Positions 1 to 10,131 of a DNA stretch of 64,000 nucleotides are shown here, piece by piece. The notes under the pieces are model-generated. The model saw nothing but the letters and a program-made list of their open reading frames with translations, did no database searches and was not told where the DNA came from. Source of the DNA: an uncultured Planctomycetia bacterium (GTDB lineage: Bacteria > Omnitrophota > Gorgyraeia > Gorgyraeales > Gorgyraeaceae). A program made the translations under genes and the position numbers. Numbering within the stretch: position 1 is the first letter of the stretch; every line of letters begins with the position of its first letter. The stretch is taken from contig CAYPYS010000002.1 in the NCBI GenBank assembly GCA_964415355.1, positions 8,048 to 72,047 on the forward strand. Direction: 5' to 3'.

Positions 1-86
1 TTTTAACGGGCGCAGGCCTGGACAGAAAAGAGATAGAAGAGGTCTTTAAGAATTCTGAAAAGTTGGTGCGCCGTCTCCAGCCCTAA
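1..86 (+). CDS. 3' end of a gene running in from outside the window (possibly PHP-family)
   Basis: Frame from nt 3 reads LTGAGLDRKEIEEVFKNSEKLVRRLQP*; the stop TAA (84-86) is the first codon of repeat copy 1. Confidence 0.5.
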   Translation, partial: LTGAGLDRKEIEEVFKNSEKLVRRLQP

Positions 87-120
87 GTTTACATTTTAAC
101 AATGTTAAAATGTAAACTTA
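84..120. repeat. 37-bp palindromic repeat copy 1 (fully symmetric; the palindrome extends 77-127)
   Basis: TAAGTTTACATTTTAAC-AAT-GTTAAAATGTAAACTTA. Confidence 0.95.
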
Positions 121-179
121 GGGCTGGTCTTGACACAGTGTATTTATTATAGTATGCTTTATGGAAAGTATAAATATAA

Positions 180-656
180 ATGGAGGGGAATATGATTAAG
201 ATAAGTTCTGCATTTATCATCTTTTTATTTTCAGCCTTTGTTTTAGCTGGTTGCGCTACAGATTACCAGGGTCGTTCGTACAGCGATGATTCAACCAGAG
301 GGAGATCTCTGGGCGTAGCCTCTATATTGCGTTTTGATGATATCCCGGTTCCAGCGGGATTCAAGACGCTTAATAATGAATCCTTTGCGTTTCAAAATGA
401 CGTTACAAGGGTGGCTTTGATCAAGTATTCAGGCTCAAAAAACGCAGACCAGATGGTACTGTTTTTCAAAGAACAGATGCCCCTTTATAACTGGAGCCCG
501 ATCAATATAATAGAGTACGAGCGCAGGATATTGAATTACGAAAAAGGCTCGGAAAGCTGCATAGTGACCATTGAATCCAGAGGCATGAGGAGCATCGTAA
601 CTATAGCTATTTCACCAAAATCAAGGCCAATGAAGGTCGAAACAAAGATAAACTGA
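180..656 (+). CDS. Hypothetical lipoprotein
   Basis: Signal peptide with lipobox LAGC; TTGACA promoter upstream. Confidence 0.75.
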   Translation: MEGNMIKISSAFIIFLFSAFVLAGCATDYQGRSYSDDSTRGRSLGVASILRFDDIPVPAGFKTLNNESFAFQNDVTRVALIKYSGSKNADQMVLFFKEQMPLYNWSPINIIEYERRILNYEKGSESCIVTIESRGMRSIVTIAISPKSRPMKVETKIN

Positions 657-889
657 AGCCAATTAAGTCTTGACAACGTTGTATATATAAGGTATACTTC
701 TTTTTTAATAATAGGGTATGTTTGGATATACCGCCGTAGGCTGCTTTAATCAGGGCGAAGAAGGGAGGGAAAATAAAAACTAGAAAGCCTGAAGTAGTCA
801 AAAAAATTGGCGATATATTTATAAATGAAAAAATAATTTAGGTAATAGCCTAAAGATTTAATAAAGCAATAACCAAGGAGGAAAACTAA

Positions 890-2326
890 ATGAAGAAATT
901 AATGACACTTTGCATAGCTCTTACTGCGATTGCTGTTATAGCAGCACCGGCATTAGCAGAAGTGCAGAATGTAAAGGTAAGCGGAGATATTTCTTCCGCT
1001 GGCGTTTATCGCAATAGCTATGACCTTTTCCCGGCAACCAGAAATTCCGTTACCGGTGATACCAATGAAGATGGTCAGGTTAGCGATAACGACAATTTCC
1101 TTTACACTATAGCAAGAATAAGAGTAGACGCAGATCTTACAGACAACGTAATGGCAACCATTCGTTTGCTCACAGAGTATGATTGGAACACAGAAGATAG
1201 CACATATGATGCTGGCGATGACCTGGATCTTGATCTCGCTAATGTTACTTTAAAGGAAGCTTTCTACGCTCCTTTGACAGTGACTGTTGGTAGGCAGGAA
1301 CTAAGGTATGGAAACGCGTTTATCGTTGGCGATCCAGATACCAATGGTACCTCAAAAGATGGCAATATAACATCAACAGATATGAGCAAACGTAAGTCTT
1401 TTGACGCTATAAGAGGTGTTTTGGATTACAACCCTTATACGATAGATGTTATCTTTGCCAAGATAGACGAAACAAACAACACAGAGGCTTCTGACGAAGA
1501 TCTGTTTGGTGTCAACGCAGCATGGGATGTCGGTAGCTACAACTCAGAAGTAGAAGGATACTGGTTCTATAACAGGGATCAGGATCAGGATACAGTTAAC
1601 GTTGCTAATGACAGCACGTCACCGGGCCACGATATTCACGTATTTGGCGTAAGAGGCAGCCTGGAGCCAATTGAAAATTTGACCTTAATTGGTGAATTCG
1701 CATGGCAGCGTGGTGATTTTGAAACTGCTTCAGATGATGGCACGACTACCAAGAGAGATCAGGATGCAAACGCATTCCAGATAGCTGGAGACTATGCACT
1801 TTCTGGCTGGAATTGGGAGCCGACTATCAGAGCTGGCTGGACGCATTATTCAGGAGAAGGTTATGCTGATGATGGTGATAATGGATCCTGGATACCTCTT
1901 TACGAAGACCAGAGTCATGGTATAGTTGCAAACTACGTATTGAGCGGTATCAATGGCGGACAGAACAGTAACGCTGATATTCTTAACATAGGCGCGACTG
2001 CTACGCCGATGGAAGACCTGACTGTAAGTATTGATTATTACAATTTCTTGTCAGATGAGAACATTGTTACATCTAATACTTCAGCCAATAACAACTCGGC
2101 GCTTAATTGGACCAATCTTACGGAATCCAGCTATAACATGACTGCAGATGACGAACTCGGTTATGAAATAGACATAGCTCTTAACTATGACTATACTGAG
2201 GACGTTCAGATGGGTCTTTCTGCTGGTTTCTTCGAACCTGGCAAGGCATTTGAAGGCGAATCTTCAGGTAACAGGAATGATGAAGACGCTGTTCAGGTGT
2301 TAGCAACATTAGACGTTGCTTTTTAA
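890..2326 (+). CDS. Outer-membrane beta-barrel porin, alginate-export-like family
   Basis: Signal peptide, GRQEL.YG motif, amphipathic strands, C-terminal Phe, strong RBS AAGGAGG. Confidence 0.8.
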   Translation: MKKLMTLCIALTAIAVIAAPALAEVQNVKVSGDISSAGVYRNSYDLFPATRNSVTGDTNEDGQVSDNDNFLYTIARIRVDADLTDNVMATIRLLTEYDWNTEDSTYDAGDDLDLDLANVTLKEAFYAPLTVTVGRQELRYGNAFIVGDPDTNGTSKDGNITSTDMSKRKSFDAIRGVLDYNPYTIDVIFAKIDETNNTEASDEDLFGVNAAWDVGSYNSEVEGYWFYNRDQDQDTVNVANDSTSPGHDIHVFGVRGSLEPIENLTLIGEFAWQRGDFETASDDGTTTKRDQDANAFQIAGDYALSGWNWEPTIRAGWTHYSGEGYADDGDNGSWIPLYEDQSHGIVANYVLSGINGGQNSNADILNIGATATPMEDLTVSIDYYNFLSDENIVTSNTSANNNSALNWTNLTESSYNMTADDELGYEIDIALNYDYTEDVQMGLSAGFFEPGKAFEGESSGNRNDEDAVQVLATLDVAF

Positions 2327-2358
2327 CATCTGCTAGGTTTAGTTGTTTTAGTTTTGAG

Positions 2359-2394
2359 ATTCCCCGGAGGAGTAATCCTCCGGGGAATTTTTTT
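2359..2394 (+). terminator. Rho-independent terminator
   Basis: ATTCCCCGGAGGA-GTAA-TCCTCCGGGGAAT followed by a T-run. Confidence 0.9.
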
Positions 2395-2397
2395 GCC

Positions 2398-2434
2398 TAA
2401 CTTTACATTTCAACAACGTTAAAATGTAAAGTTA
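2398..2434 (+). repeat. 37-bp palindromic repeat copy 2
   Basis: TAACTTTACATTTCAACAACGTTAAAATGTAAAGTTA. Confidence 0.95.
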
Positions 2435-2490
2435 GACTTGAATTGTCGGATTTTTGTGGCATAATTCTAATAGAGACAACTGAATATTTA

Positions 2491-2577
2491 GGAACGAAAA
2501 GGCAAACCACTTGAAAGGGTGGGGCGCAAAATCACAGGCCTAAAGTCAGGACAGACTAAGGTGGCTGGATCGCCGAA
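2491..2577 (+). ncRNA. c-di-GMP-I (GEMM) riboswitch upstream of rlpA, with terminator at 2581-2618
   Basis: GGCAAACC..GAAA..GGGCGCAAA..GGCCTAAAG..GGTGGC..CGCCG pattern; TTGAAT/CATAAT promoter upstream. Confidence 0.88.
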
Positions 2578-2634
2578 ACCAAAAAGCCTATTCTCTTAAG
2601 TGGGGGATAGGTTTTTTTATTTTAGGTGTCTCCC

Positions 2635-3018
2635 ATGAAGATCCTAGCGGTTGCTTTAGTAGCTATGCTCTTGAGCTTGAGCATGCCCCTGACATACCTA
2701 TATAATACCCCTGTAGTGTTCAATGGCATGGCGTCTTGGTATTCTGAACAGGACCCAGGCGTTTTAAAGACAACTGCCAACATGGAAACATTTGATGATT
2801 CCAAGCTTACATGCGCTATGTGGGACATGCCCTTTAATGCCCTATTAAAGGTAACTAATGTAGAAAACGGTAAATTTGTCTATGTAAGAGTAAACGACAG
2901 AGGTCCGGCAAAGAGATTGGTTCAAGAGGGGAGGGTAATTGATCTTACAAAAAAGGCATTTTCTTATATAAATAGTTTAGAAACTGGCCTTATTGAGGTC
3001 GAGATTGAGATAATATAA
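2635..3018 (+). CDS. rlpA: Septal-ring lytic transglycosylase RlpA-like (DPBB domain)
   Basis: ASWY, TAN.E.FD, VRVNDRGP, IDLT motifs. Confidence 0.85.
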   Translation: MKILAVALVAMLLSLSMPLTYLYNTPVVFNGMASWYSEQDPGVLKTTANMETFDDSKLTCAMWDMPFNALLKVTNVENGKFVYVRVNDRGPAKRLVQEGRVIDLTKKAFSYINSLETGLIEVEIEII

Positions 3019-3085
3019 AATTAAATAAACGGTAAAGTTATTATTCCGGGACTCTTTGGTCTCGGATTTTTTATATATGCCGGCT

Positions 3086-3122
3086 TAAGTATACATTTCA
3101 ACAATGTTAAAATGTATACTTA
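3086..3122 (+). repeat. 37-bp palindromic repeat copy 3 (compensated variant)
   Basis: TAAGTATACATTTCAACAATGTTAAAATGTATACTTA. Confidence 0.95.
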
Positions 3123-3231
3123 AGAAGAGGAAAGGTGGAAATTTTTTTTATTTTTATGTTGACATAGATGTTTAATTAATTTATAATACTTAATAAATAT
3201 ATGAAATAACTTTATTCACAAGGAGGGGTTT

Positions 3232-5781
3232 ATGAGTAAGAAGATTCTGATTTGTGCGCTTGGTTTAATCATCTTTGTAAGTCTAATCGGTGTAAGAGAC
3301 GCTTTATGCTATAGAGTGCCACCTGAAGAGAGCAATGTTCGGTATCTATACGTATTTGGCGAGGATGGTAAAAAGAGTTACGGAGCAAAGGACGAGCCTC
3401 AGATCGTATTTCTAAAGGTCCCGGCAAATTATACAGGGACAGTAGAGATATCTGTTTACGACCCTGATGTCGGTGGATATGTTGACGAAAAGAGCGGGAG
3501 ATGGAATACTGAAACCCGCTTTTCTATTTTTGGAGGAAAGAAAGCGTTTTCGTCTTTAGAGGGTATAGTCGAGGCAGACGCGAGAGATCTTCTTCAGGGT
3601 ACTCTTTTAGACGCAAAGACTTTCGGAGAAGATAAAAAATACGACAAGAAATTTTATCATTTTACCCCGGTCAACGCAACGCAGGGAGAAAAGATAGGCG
3701 CTTTTAGATATTTCAAGATCGTTGCCGAAGGATTGTCAGGCGACGACAACAACGTCTTTTCATTAGACGTTTCTCCTGATGTGGCTGAGGCGTTCAGCTA
3801 TTCTTTATCACTCAGGCTTTCAGAGCGTCGCGGCACAAAGATGATGCTGTATCCTGATATACCTAAGAATGTAGCGCAGATTACTGAACACAATTTCGAT
3901 GTGGATCCTACAGGAGGCTCCATAGATCTTATAAGCGCTTCCAAGGCGTATAAAATAAATGCTTCAGGAACAGGCGCGTGGACTGACACCAAGATAAATG
4001 TTTCTCCATCTGAGGCAGGCAGGAGATGGGTTTATGAAATAACAAAAGATACGCAGCCCAACGCAAACATGGCTATGTACATAACTGCGGCCGATGGTTC
4101 CGCTGTTCCGGTATTTTTCAGGCCGGGAGAAGGCGGACCAAAGATGGTTTTTGTCGAAAGAAAAGCTGGGAAGGTCAAAGAGGCAGCGCCGTGGGAAGAA
4201 TCCAAGATATCATGCAGCACTTTTAAGTTCGATGGTTCTAAGTCATATGACCCGGATGATCAGCAACTGACATATTTTTGGGATTTCGGTGACGGCTCTA
4301 CGAGCAATCAGATCAGGTCAATGCATACCTATAAGGAAGCCGGTAAATATCTTGTTCGTTTAACTGTTACCGATGTATCCGAAGCAGACTGTAACACCGC
4401 GACTACCCAGCAGGTAGTCAAGGTTAACCAGCCTCCGTGCGCTATTGCCACCGGACCCGGTATTTCCTGTATAAACACAGAGATATCTTTTGATGGCAGT
4501 CAATCAACGGATAGCCCGGATGACAAGTTGACATACAGATGGGACTTTGGCGACGGAGAAACAGCTAAAGGAGCAAAGGTATCTCATAAGTATAAAAAGG
4601 GAGGCGATTACGTAGTCACGCTTACTGTAATAGATGATTCAGGCAGTATGTGCGATACAGGCGTAGACAAGTTGAATGTGGCTGTAAACACTCCTCCTGT
4701 AGCAGACGCTGGCGACAATATAATGATTTGTAAGGACAGCCCCTATGATTCGCTGGAGGTTACTTTTGACGCATCGAAATCCAAAGACGCAGACGGACAT
4801 AAGCTTACCTATATATGGGATTTCGGAGACGGAGAAACACAGGAAGGCAAGACAGTGATACATAAATACGAAAAGGGAGGCGACTACGTAGCAAAGCTAT
4901 TGGTTATAGATGAAACAGATACAGAGTGCAACAGGTCGACCCAGACAAAACTTGTCAAATTAAACAGAGCGCCTCTTGCTGATGCGGGCGGAAATTTAAA
5001 TATATGTTTGACGGAAAAGGCTGATTTCGACGCTTCTAATTCATTTGATAGCGACGGAGACGCCCTTACTTATAGCTGGGATTTCGGCGACGGACAGACA
5101 GCGACAGGCAAAAAGGTCTCGCATAAATACGGAAGAGGGGGAGTTTACAAAGCAACCCTTACTGTCAATGACAATACCAGGACAGATTGTTCTGCTGTTA
5201 AGGAGACGATAGTGGTGGACGTTAACTCTTCTCCTGCGGCAAATATTTCCGCAGATGATATCGCATGTGTCGACGAATTAGTGAAATTTAACGGGACCAA
5301 GTCGGCAGATCCGGATGGCGACAAATTGATCTACACTTGGGATTTCGGCGATGGCAATACTGCGAGCGGCAACAATGTAAAGCATTCCTATTTAAAAGGA
5401 GGTCTGTACAAGGCGACGCTTTTTGTTGATGATGGCAAGAACTCGGATTGCTCGGGTTCGACAAAAATGCATTACGTGAATGTAAATACGCCTCCTACGG
5501 CAGAAGCAGGCCCGGATCTTCTTATTTGCGTGAAAGATAAGGTTGACTTCGATGCCACAGCGTCCTACGATCCGGACAATGACAACCTTACTTACTCCTG
5601 GGATTTCGGGGACGGGACAACGGCAAGAGGTCCGAAAGCAAGTCATACCTACAGGGGTATAGGTATTTATAAAGTAGTTCTGACGGTTACTGATGATTCA
5701 GGCACAGAGTGTAACGTGTCGCAAGATACTCTGGTGGCGACTGTCAACGCAGAGCCAGTACCTGTCATAGAAGTTATTTAA
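3232..5781 (+). CDS. Secreted protein with six tandem PKD domains
   Basis: Signal peptide; six WDFGDG motifs, with repeated cysteines. Confidence 0.9.
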   Translation: MSKKILICALGLIIFVSLIGVRDALCYRVPPEESNVRYLYVFGEDGKKSYGAKDEPQIVFLKVPANYTGTVEISVYDPDVGGYVDEKSGRWNTETRFSIFGGKKAFSSLEGIVEADARDLLQGTLLDAKTFGEDKKYDKKFYHFTPVNATQGEKIGAFRYFKIVAEGLSGDDNNVFSLDVSPDVAEAFSYSLSLRLSERRGTKMMLYPDIPKNVAQITEHNFDVDPTGGSIDLISASKAYKINASGTGAWTDTKINVSPSEAGRRWVYEITKDTQPNANMAMYITAADGSAVPVFFRPGEGGPKMVFVERKAGKVKEAAPWEESKISCSTFKFDGSKSYDPDDQQLTYFWDFGDGSTSNQIRSMHTYKEAGKYLVRLTVTDVSEADCNTATTQQVVKVNQPPCAIATGPGISCINTEISFDGSQSTDSPDDKLTYRWDFGDGETAKGAKVSHKYKKGGDYVVTLTVIDDSGSMCDTGVDKLNVAVNTPPVADAGDNIMICKDSPYDSLEVTFDASKSKDADGHKLTYIWDFGDGETQEGKTVIHKYEKGGDYVAKLLVIDETDTECNRSTQTKLVKLNRAPLADAGGNLNICLTEKADFDASNSFDSDGDALTYSWDFGDGQTATGKKVSHKYGRGGVYKATLTVNDNTRTDCSAVKETIVVDVNSSPAANISADDIACVDELVKFNGTKSADPDGDKLIYTWDFGDGNTASGNNVKHSYLKGGLYKATLFVDDGKNSDCSGSTKMHYVNVNTPPTAEAGPDLLICVKDKVDFDATASYDPDNDNLTYSWDFGDGTTARGPKASHTYRGIGIYKVVLTVTDDSGTECNVSQDTLVATVNAEPVPVIEVI

Positions 5782-5814
5782 AAGTAGTAAGACATAAATG
5801 CTCAACCAAGAGAG

Positions 5815-5860
5815 GCCCCAGATGCAAAATTTAGGAATAATTTTGTGCGGGGCTTTTTTT
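5815..5860 (+). terminator. Probable terminator
   Basis: GCCCC...GGGGC hairpin followed by T7. Confidence 0.6.
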
Positions 5861-5876
5861 GTGATATAATGTTCGC

Positions 5877-7973
5877 ATGTCGGGCACTGGTTATAAAATC
5901 ATGACAAAGAAAAAAGCAATTTTAACAACTTTCCTTTCAATAATGCTTCTCTTGATAGCGCGGCCGTCTTTTGCCCGTAATCTCACCATTGTCTTTACAG
6001 GCGATACGCGCGGGGAAATAGAGAATTGCCATTGCCCTAAAGAAGATTATGGCGGACTGCCCAGAAGGGCCAAGTATATAGACGAGGTCAAGGAAGAGGT
6101 GGGAGATCTATTGCTCCTTGATACAGGGGATGTCTTGCAGCTTTACGCGTCGGATCTCGAAAAGAAGGATACCCTGCATAAGGCAGTTATATCTTTTAAG
6201 GCAATGGATATGATGAACTATTCTGTCATGAATGTAGGCGAAAGCGACTTTGTCTTGGGAGAAGATTTTTTAAGCGAGAGAGAATCAGTTGTTTCTTTTC
6301 CGTTTATCTCAGCCAACATAGTAGACAAAAATACAAAAGAGCTCTTTTTTGAGCCATATTTTGTAAAAGAAATGGAAAATGGCCTTAAGGTGGGAGTGAT
6401 CGGTCTTGTGAATGAGCGGTATGTAGTTAATTCGGATAAGCTGTCCATAATTCCGCATAAAGATGCAATTGACAGGTTCTTGCCGGAGCTAAAGGCCAGG
6501 TCAGACATAGTTATTGCCCTGGCTCATCTGGGATTGCCGTATTCTATAGAGCTTGCAAATTACACCAAAGACATCGATGTTATACTTAGCGGGCACTGGG
6601 ACGCAAATAGCCAGGAACCCATGAAGGTAAACAACTCGTTGGTTATGCCCACGACTTATCATTCGAGGAAGATAGGCAGGCTTAATCTTGAGGTCGGGAG
6701 AAAAGGCGTTTACTCTTATAGATGGGAGTCTACGCCGCTCGACGAAGATTATGACGGAAATACTATTTTTGAAGAGCTTATCGCTACAATGCCAGACTTA
6801 GGAGGCATAGAAGAGAAAAATGTTTTAGGCGGAAGCGAGACGTTTAATGGGACGCCTTTAAGGGTCTTTGTTTTTTATTCTCCTGGCTGCAGGGCATGCA
6901 TTGAGATAGAAAAAGACTTTTTGCCCGGGATCGAGGAAAAATATGGACCCCGGATAGCTCTGGAGCAGTATGACGTGAGCGTGTTAAAAAATTACGAACA
7001 GATGTTAAGGCTTGAGGAACTGTACGGGGTAGAGGAAGGCGGGTATGTCCCGGAGGTCATAGTTTCAGAATATGTTTTAATGGGTAAAGAAGATATAGTG
7101 GCTAATTTAGATGAGACAATACAGAAGGCCTTGATAGAGGCTAGTGAGTTAAAAAAAAACAATAAGGATTCAAAGGTAGAAGCAGTCGAGTATCAGTTGC
7201 CCACCGGTTCTCTTGTTTTATCCAGATTTCAATCGTTTAGCTTGTTCGCCGTCATGATGGCTGGTTTGTTGGACGGCGTAAATCCATGCGCCTTTACCAC
7301 CATAGTATTTTTTATCTCATTTCTTTCTCTCGTAGGATATAAGAGGCGCGAGATGTTTGCCGCAGGCTCTTCTTTTACCGTCGCTGTATTTATAGCGTAC
7401 TTGTTGATCGGCCTGGGCATCTTTAGATTTTTAAGGTCATTGCAAGGTTTTGGCCACGTGATTTATGCTATAAATATATTCATAGGCGGTTCGGCTTTTA
7501 TTCTCGGCATATTGAGTCTGGTGGATTATTTCAAATTCAAAAAAACCAAGGATCCCAAAAGTATCATATTGAAGCTACCGCAGTCTATCAAGAACAAGAT
7601 ACATTCGGTCATAGGCTCTGATTTCAGGCCAGGTCGGAAATCAGGCAAGAGAACGCTGTTGGGTATAGTATGGATCGCGTTTACAGCAGGTTTTATGGTT
7701 TCTGTGTTGGAATCCTTTTGTACTGGGCAGGTATATTTACCCACAATAGCCTTTGTGCTCAAAATGCCGGATAAAAAGACCCCAGCCTTTATATATCTGA
7801 TTCTTTACAATCTCGCTTTTATCGTGCCTCTTATAGTGGTTTTCTTTTTAGGGTTTTTTGGCGCCACTTCAAAGGCCTTTTCAAAATTCATGGAAAGACG
7901 TCTTGGCGCTGTTAAGCTTTGCACGGCCGCACTGTTTTTCCTGCTCGCCTCCGCCCTAATACTCTTCCGTTAA
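5877..7973 (+). CDS. Fusion of a 5'-nucleotidase-like metallophosphoesterase, a thioredoxin-like CxxC domain and a CcdA/DsbD-like membrane domain
   Basis: GD.RG..ENCHC, LDTGD, NVGESD, SGH; CRAC; DGVNPCAF and ESFCTGQVYLP with several TM helices. Confidence 0.75.
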   Translation: MSGTGYKIMTKKKAILTTFLSIMLLLIARPSFARNLTIVFTGDTRGEIENCHCPKEDYGGLPRRAKYIDEVKEEVGDLLLLDTGDVLQLYASDLEKKDTLHKAVISFKAMDMMNYSVMNVGESDFVLGEDFLSERESVVSFPFISANIVDKNTKELFFEPYFVKEMENGLKVGVIGLVNERYVVNSDKLSIIPHKDAIDRFLPELKARSDIVIALAHLGLPYSIELANYTKDIDVILSGHWDANSQEPMKVNNSLVMPTTYHSRKIGRLNLEVGRKGVYSYRWESTPLDEDYDGNTIFEELIATMPDLGGIEEKNVLGGSETFNGTPLRVFVFYSPGCRACIEIEKDFLPGIEEKYGPRIALEQYDVSVLKNYEQMLRLEELYGVEEGGYVPEVIVSEYVLMGKEDIVANLDETIQKALIEASELKKNNKDSKVEAVEYQLPTGSLVLSRFQSFSLFAVMMAGLLDGVNPCAFTTIVFFISFLSLVGYKRREMFAAGSSFTVAVFIAYLLIGLGIFRFLRSLQGFGHVIYAINIFIGGSAFILGILSLVDYFKFKKTKDPKSIILKLPQSIKNKIHSVIGSDFRPGRKSGKRTLLGIVWIAFTAGFMVSVLESFCTGQVYLPTIAFVLKMPDKKTPAFIYLILYNLAFIVPLIVVFFLGFFGATSKAFSKFMERRLGAVKLCTAALFFLLASALILFR

Positions 7974-8007
7974 CTTTACATTTCAACAACGTTAAAGTGT
8001 AAAGTTA
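7971..8007 (+). repeat. 37-bp repeat copy 4 (TAA is the stop of 5877..7973)
   Basis: Consensus sequence. Confidence 0.95.
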
Positions 8008-8079
8008 AGCCTCTTCAATTTACCACTATTTAAAAATTATATTTGACGCGAGAATTGTTTTGACATACACTTATCCTAT

Positions 8080-8853
8080 ATGAGTCGTATATTGCTTCTT
8101 ATTTTACTTATGTGCGGGCTGTCTTCCTGTGTGAGCCAGGAGTACAATACTGCTACAGGCACAGAAGATATTATCTTTGTGTCTACCGAGAAAGAAATCG
8201 ATATGGGGCGTAACATAGCAGACGGTATTGAGAAAAACCCTGATATTACGCTGGATCCGGACCCTATAATGACAGAACGCGTCAAGCAGATCGGCGAAAA
8301 GATAGCGTCTGTTTCAGACAGAAAAGAGGTGTCTTATACTTTTAGGGTGATAGACGATGATGACGTTAACGCATTTGCTCTGCCAGGCGGGTATATATTT
8401 ATCTTCAGGGGCCTCATAGAGGAGACCGAGTCTGACGACGAACTCGCTTCGGTAATCGCTCATGAGATAGCGCATGTAGTAGCAAGGCATTCTGTCAAGC
8501 GCTTGCAAGGGGGGATCGGGTTTAATATTTTACAGATATTAATGGCAACCACGCGGGCGCAAAATACAAATAAGATCAACGCCGCTATCGGCCAGCTTGT
8601 AATGGCTTATTCAAGAGAAGACGAGGCGCTTGCTGATAAGATAGCGGTTAAATATTTAAGAGAATCAGGATACGACCCTATGGCAATGATATATTTTCTG
8701 GAAAAACTACAGGAGGTGCGAAGAAAGTCTCCTATCAGGACATACAGCGCGTATCGTTCGCACCCGCTTATTGCTAATCGCATACGAATGGTAAAGCAGG
8801 AGCTTACCGGAGAAGTAGAGTTTAGCGACTACATGAACAAGCCAATAGACTAA
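8080..8853 (+). CDS. M48-family zinc metallopeptidase lipoprotein (BepA/YfgC-like)
   Basis: LSSC lipobox, NAFALPGG, HEIAH, YSREDEALAD. Confidence 0.9.
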   Translation: MSRILLLILLMCGLSSCVSQEYNTATGTEDIIFVSTEKEIDMGRNIADGIEKNPDITLDPDPIMTERVKQIGEKIASVSDRKEVSYTFRVIDDDDVNAFALPGGYIFIFRGLIEETESDDELASVIAHEIAHVVARHSVKRLQGGIGFNILQILMATTRAQNTNKINAAIGQLVMAYSREDEALADKIAVKYLRESGYDPMAMIYFLEKLQEVRRKSPIRTYSAYRSHPLIANRIRMVKQELTGEVEFSDYMNKPID

Positions 8854-8887
8854 CTTTACACTTTAACGTTGTTGAAATGTAAAGTTA
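8851..8887 (-). repeat. 37-bp repeat copy 5 (TAA is the stop of 8080..8853)
   Basis: Reverse-orientation consensus. Confidence 0.95.
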
Positions 8888-8904
8888 AGAGGAGGAGGAA
8901 GTTG

Positions 8905-9561
8905 ATGCCGAGGATAATAAAAGCGTCTGATTTTAGATCAGAAGACCCGTGGCGCATATTCAGGATCATGTCGGAATTCGTAGAAGGTTTTAACGAGCTA
9001 TCTCAGATCGGGCCAGCGGTTTCCATCTTTGGTTCTGCCAGGACAAAGCCAAAGGATAAATATTATAAGCTCGCTGAAAAAACAGCCGATCTTTTATGTA
9101 AAAATGGTTTCGCGATCATTACAGGCGCGGGCCCTGGCATAATGGAGGCAGCCAATAAGGGGGCTAAGGCTGCAGGCGGCCTTTCTGTAGGGCTTAATAT
9201 AGAGGTACCTATAGTCCAGAAGCCAAATAAGTTTATCACGAAGCTTATAAATTTCAGATATTTTTTCTCTCGCAAGGTCATGTTTTTAAAATACGCTAAG
9301 GCGTTCCTTGTTTTTCCCGGAGGCTTCGGTACTATGGATGAGTTTTTTGAAGCGATCACCCTTGTACAGACAAAGAGGGTAGAGGCGTTTCCGGTTATAT
9401 TAATAGGCAGGGAATACTGGAAAGGCCTTGTTGATTGGATCAAAGGCGACATGTTAAAAAAGGATCGCATAGTCAAGAAAGATCTGTGTATTTTTCAGGT
9501 AGTAGATAGTCCCGAAGAGGCCCTAAAAATAATAAAAGTTTTCTATTCAAACTCAGACTGA
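8905..9561 (+). CDS. LOG-family (TIGR00730) Rossmann-fold protein
   Basis: FGSAR, GPGIMEAAN, PGGFGTMDE; start moved to the ATG after RBS GGAGGAGG. Confidence 0.9.
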   Translation: MPRIIKASDFRSEDPWRIFRIMSEFVEGFNELSQIGPAVSIFGSARTKPKDKYYKLAEKTADLLCKNGFAIITGAGPGIMEAANKGAKAAGGLSVGLNIEVPIVQKPNKFITKLINFRYFFSRKVMFLKYAKAFLVFPGGFGTMDEFFEAITLVQTKRVEAFPVILIGREYWKGLVDWIKGDMLKKDRIVKKDLCIFQVVDSPEEALKIIKVFYSNSD

Positions 9562-9617
9562 TTTGTTATACAATGTTATCATTATTAAAGAGGTTCTTTA
9601 AGAGAGAGGGGGTGGCT

Positions 9618-10049
9618 ATGAAGAAGAAAAAAAAGAAGAAGGCCAGGAGACCCGTTAAGAGAAAAAAGAAGCCGGCTAAAAAGACAAAGAAGCGCAGGGT
9701 AGTTAAGAAGGCAAAGAAAAAGTCCATTAAAAGAAAGAAATCGACCAAGGCCAAGAAAAAAGTAGCCAGAAAGACTGTTTTGCCTCCGGGCGCATCGCTG
9801 GAAGAGATAGGGGTCGTGACTCATTATTTTTCTCATGTCGAGGCCGCTGTTATTAAAATGACCAGAGGTTCGCTTTCTCAGGGAGACACAATCGTTATTA
9901 AGGGGCACACGACTGATTTTAAGGAAAAGATAAACTCTATGCAGCTGGATCACGCGCCAATATCAAATGCAGTCGCGGGTCAGGAGATAGGCCTAAAGGT
10001 CAAGGCAAAGGTCAGAGAGCACGACACCGTCTATAAACTTATAGTCTAA
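9618..10049 (+). CDS. Lys/Arg-rich N-terminus plus a translation-factor-like beta-barrel
   Basis: About 50 aa of K/R-rich sequence, then IG.VTHYF..V.AAVI..GD.I.IKG..TDF. Confidence 0.75.
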   Translation: MKKKKKKKARRPVKRKKKPAKKTKKRRVVKKAKKKSIKRKKSTKAKKKVARKTVLPPGASLEEIGVVTHYFSHVEAAVIKMTRGSLSQGDTIVIKGHTTDFKEKINSMQLDHAPISNAVAGQEIGLKVKAKVREHDTVYKLIV

Positions 10050-10118
10050 CTTTACACCCCGCTTTACTTCCTTAAGGACTCGCGGGGCATGCTTTAACGT
10101 TGTTGAAATGTAAAGTTA
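10047..10118 (-). repeat. Repeat copy 6 with a 35-bp GC-rich hairpin insert at 10057-10091 (TAA is a stop codon)
   Basis: TAACTTTACA + CCCCGC..GCGGGGCATG + CTTTAACGTTGTTGAAATGTAAAGTTA. Confidence 0.9.
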
Positions 10119-10131
10119 GAGATGCTGTATC

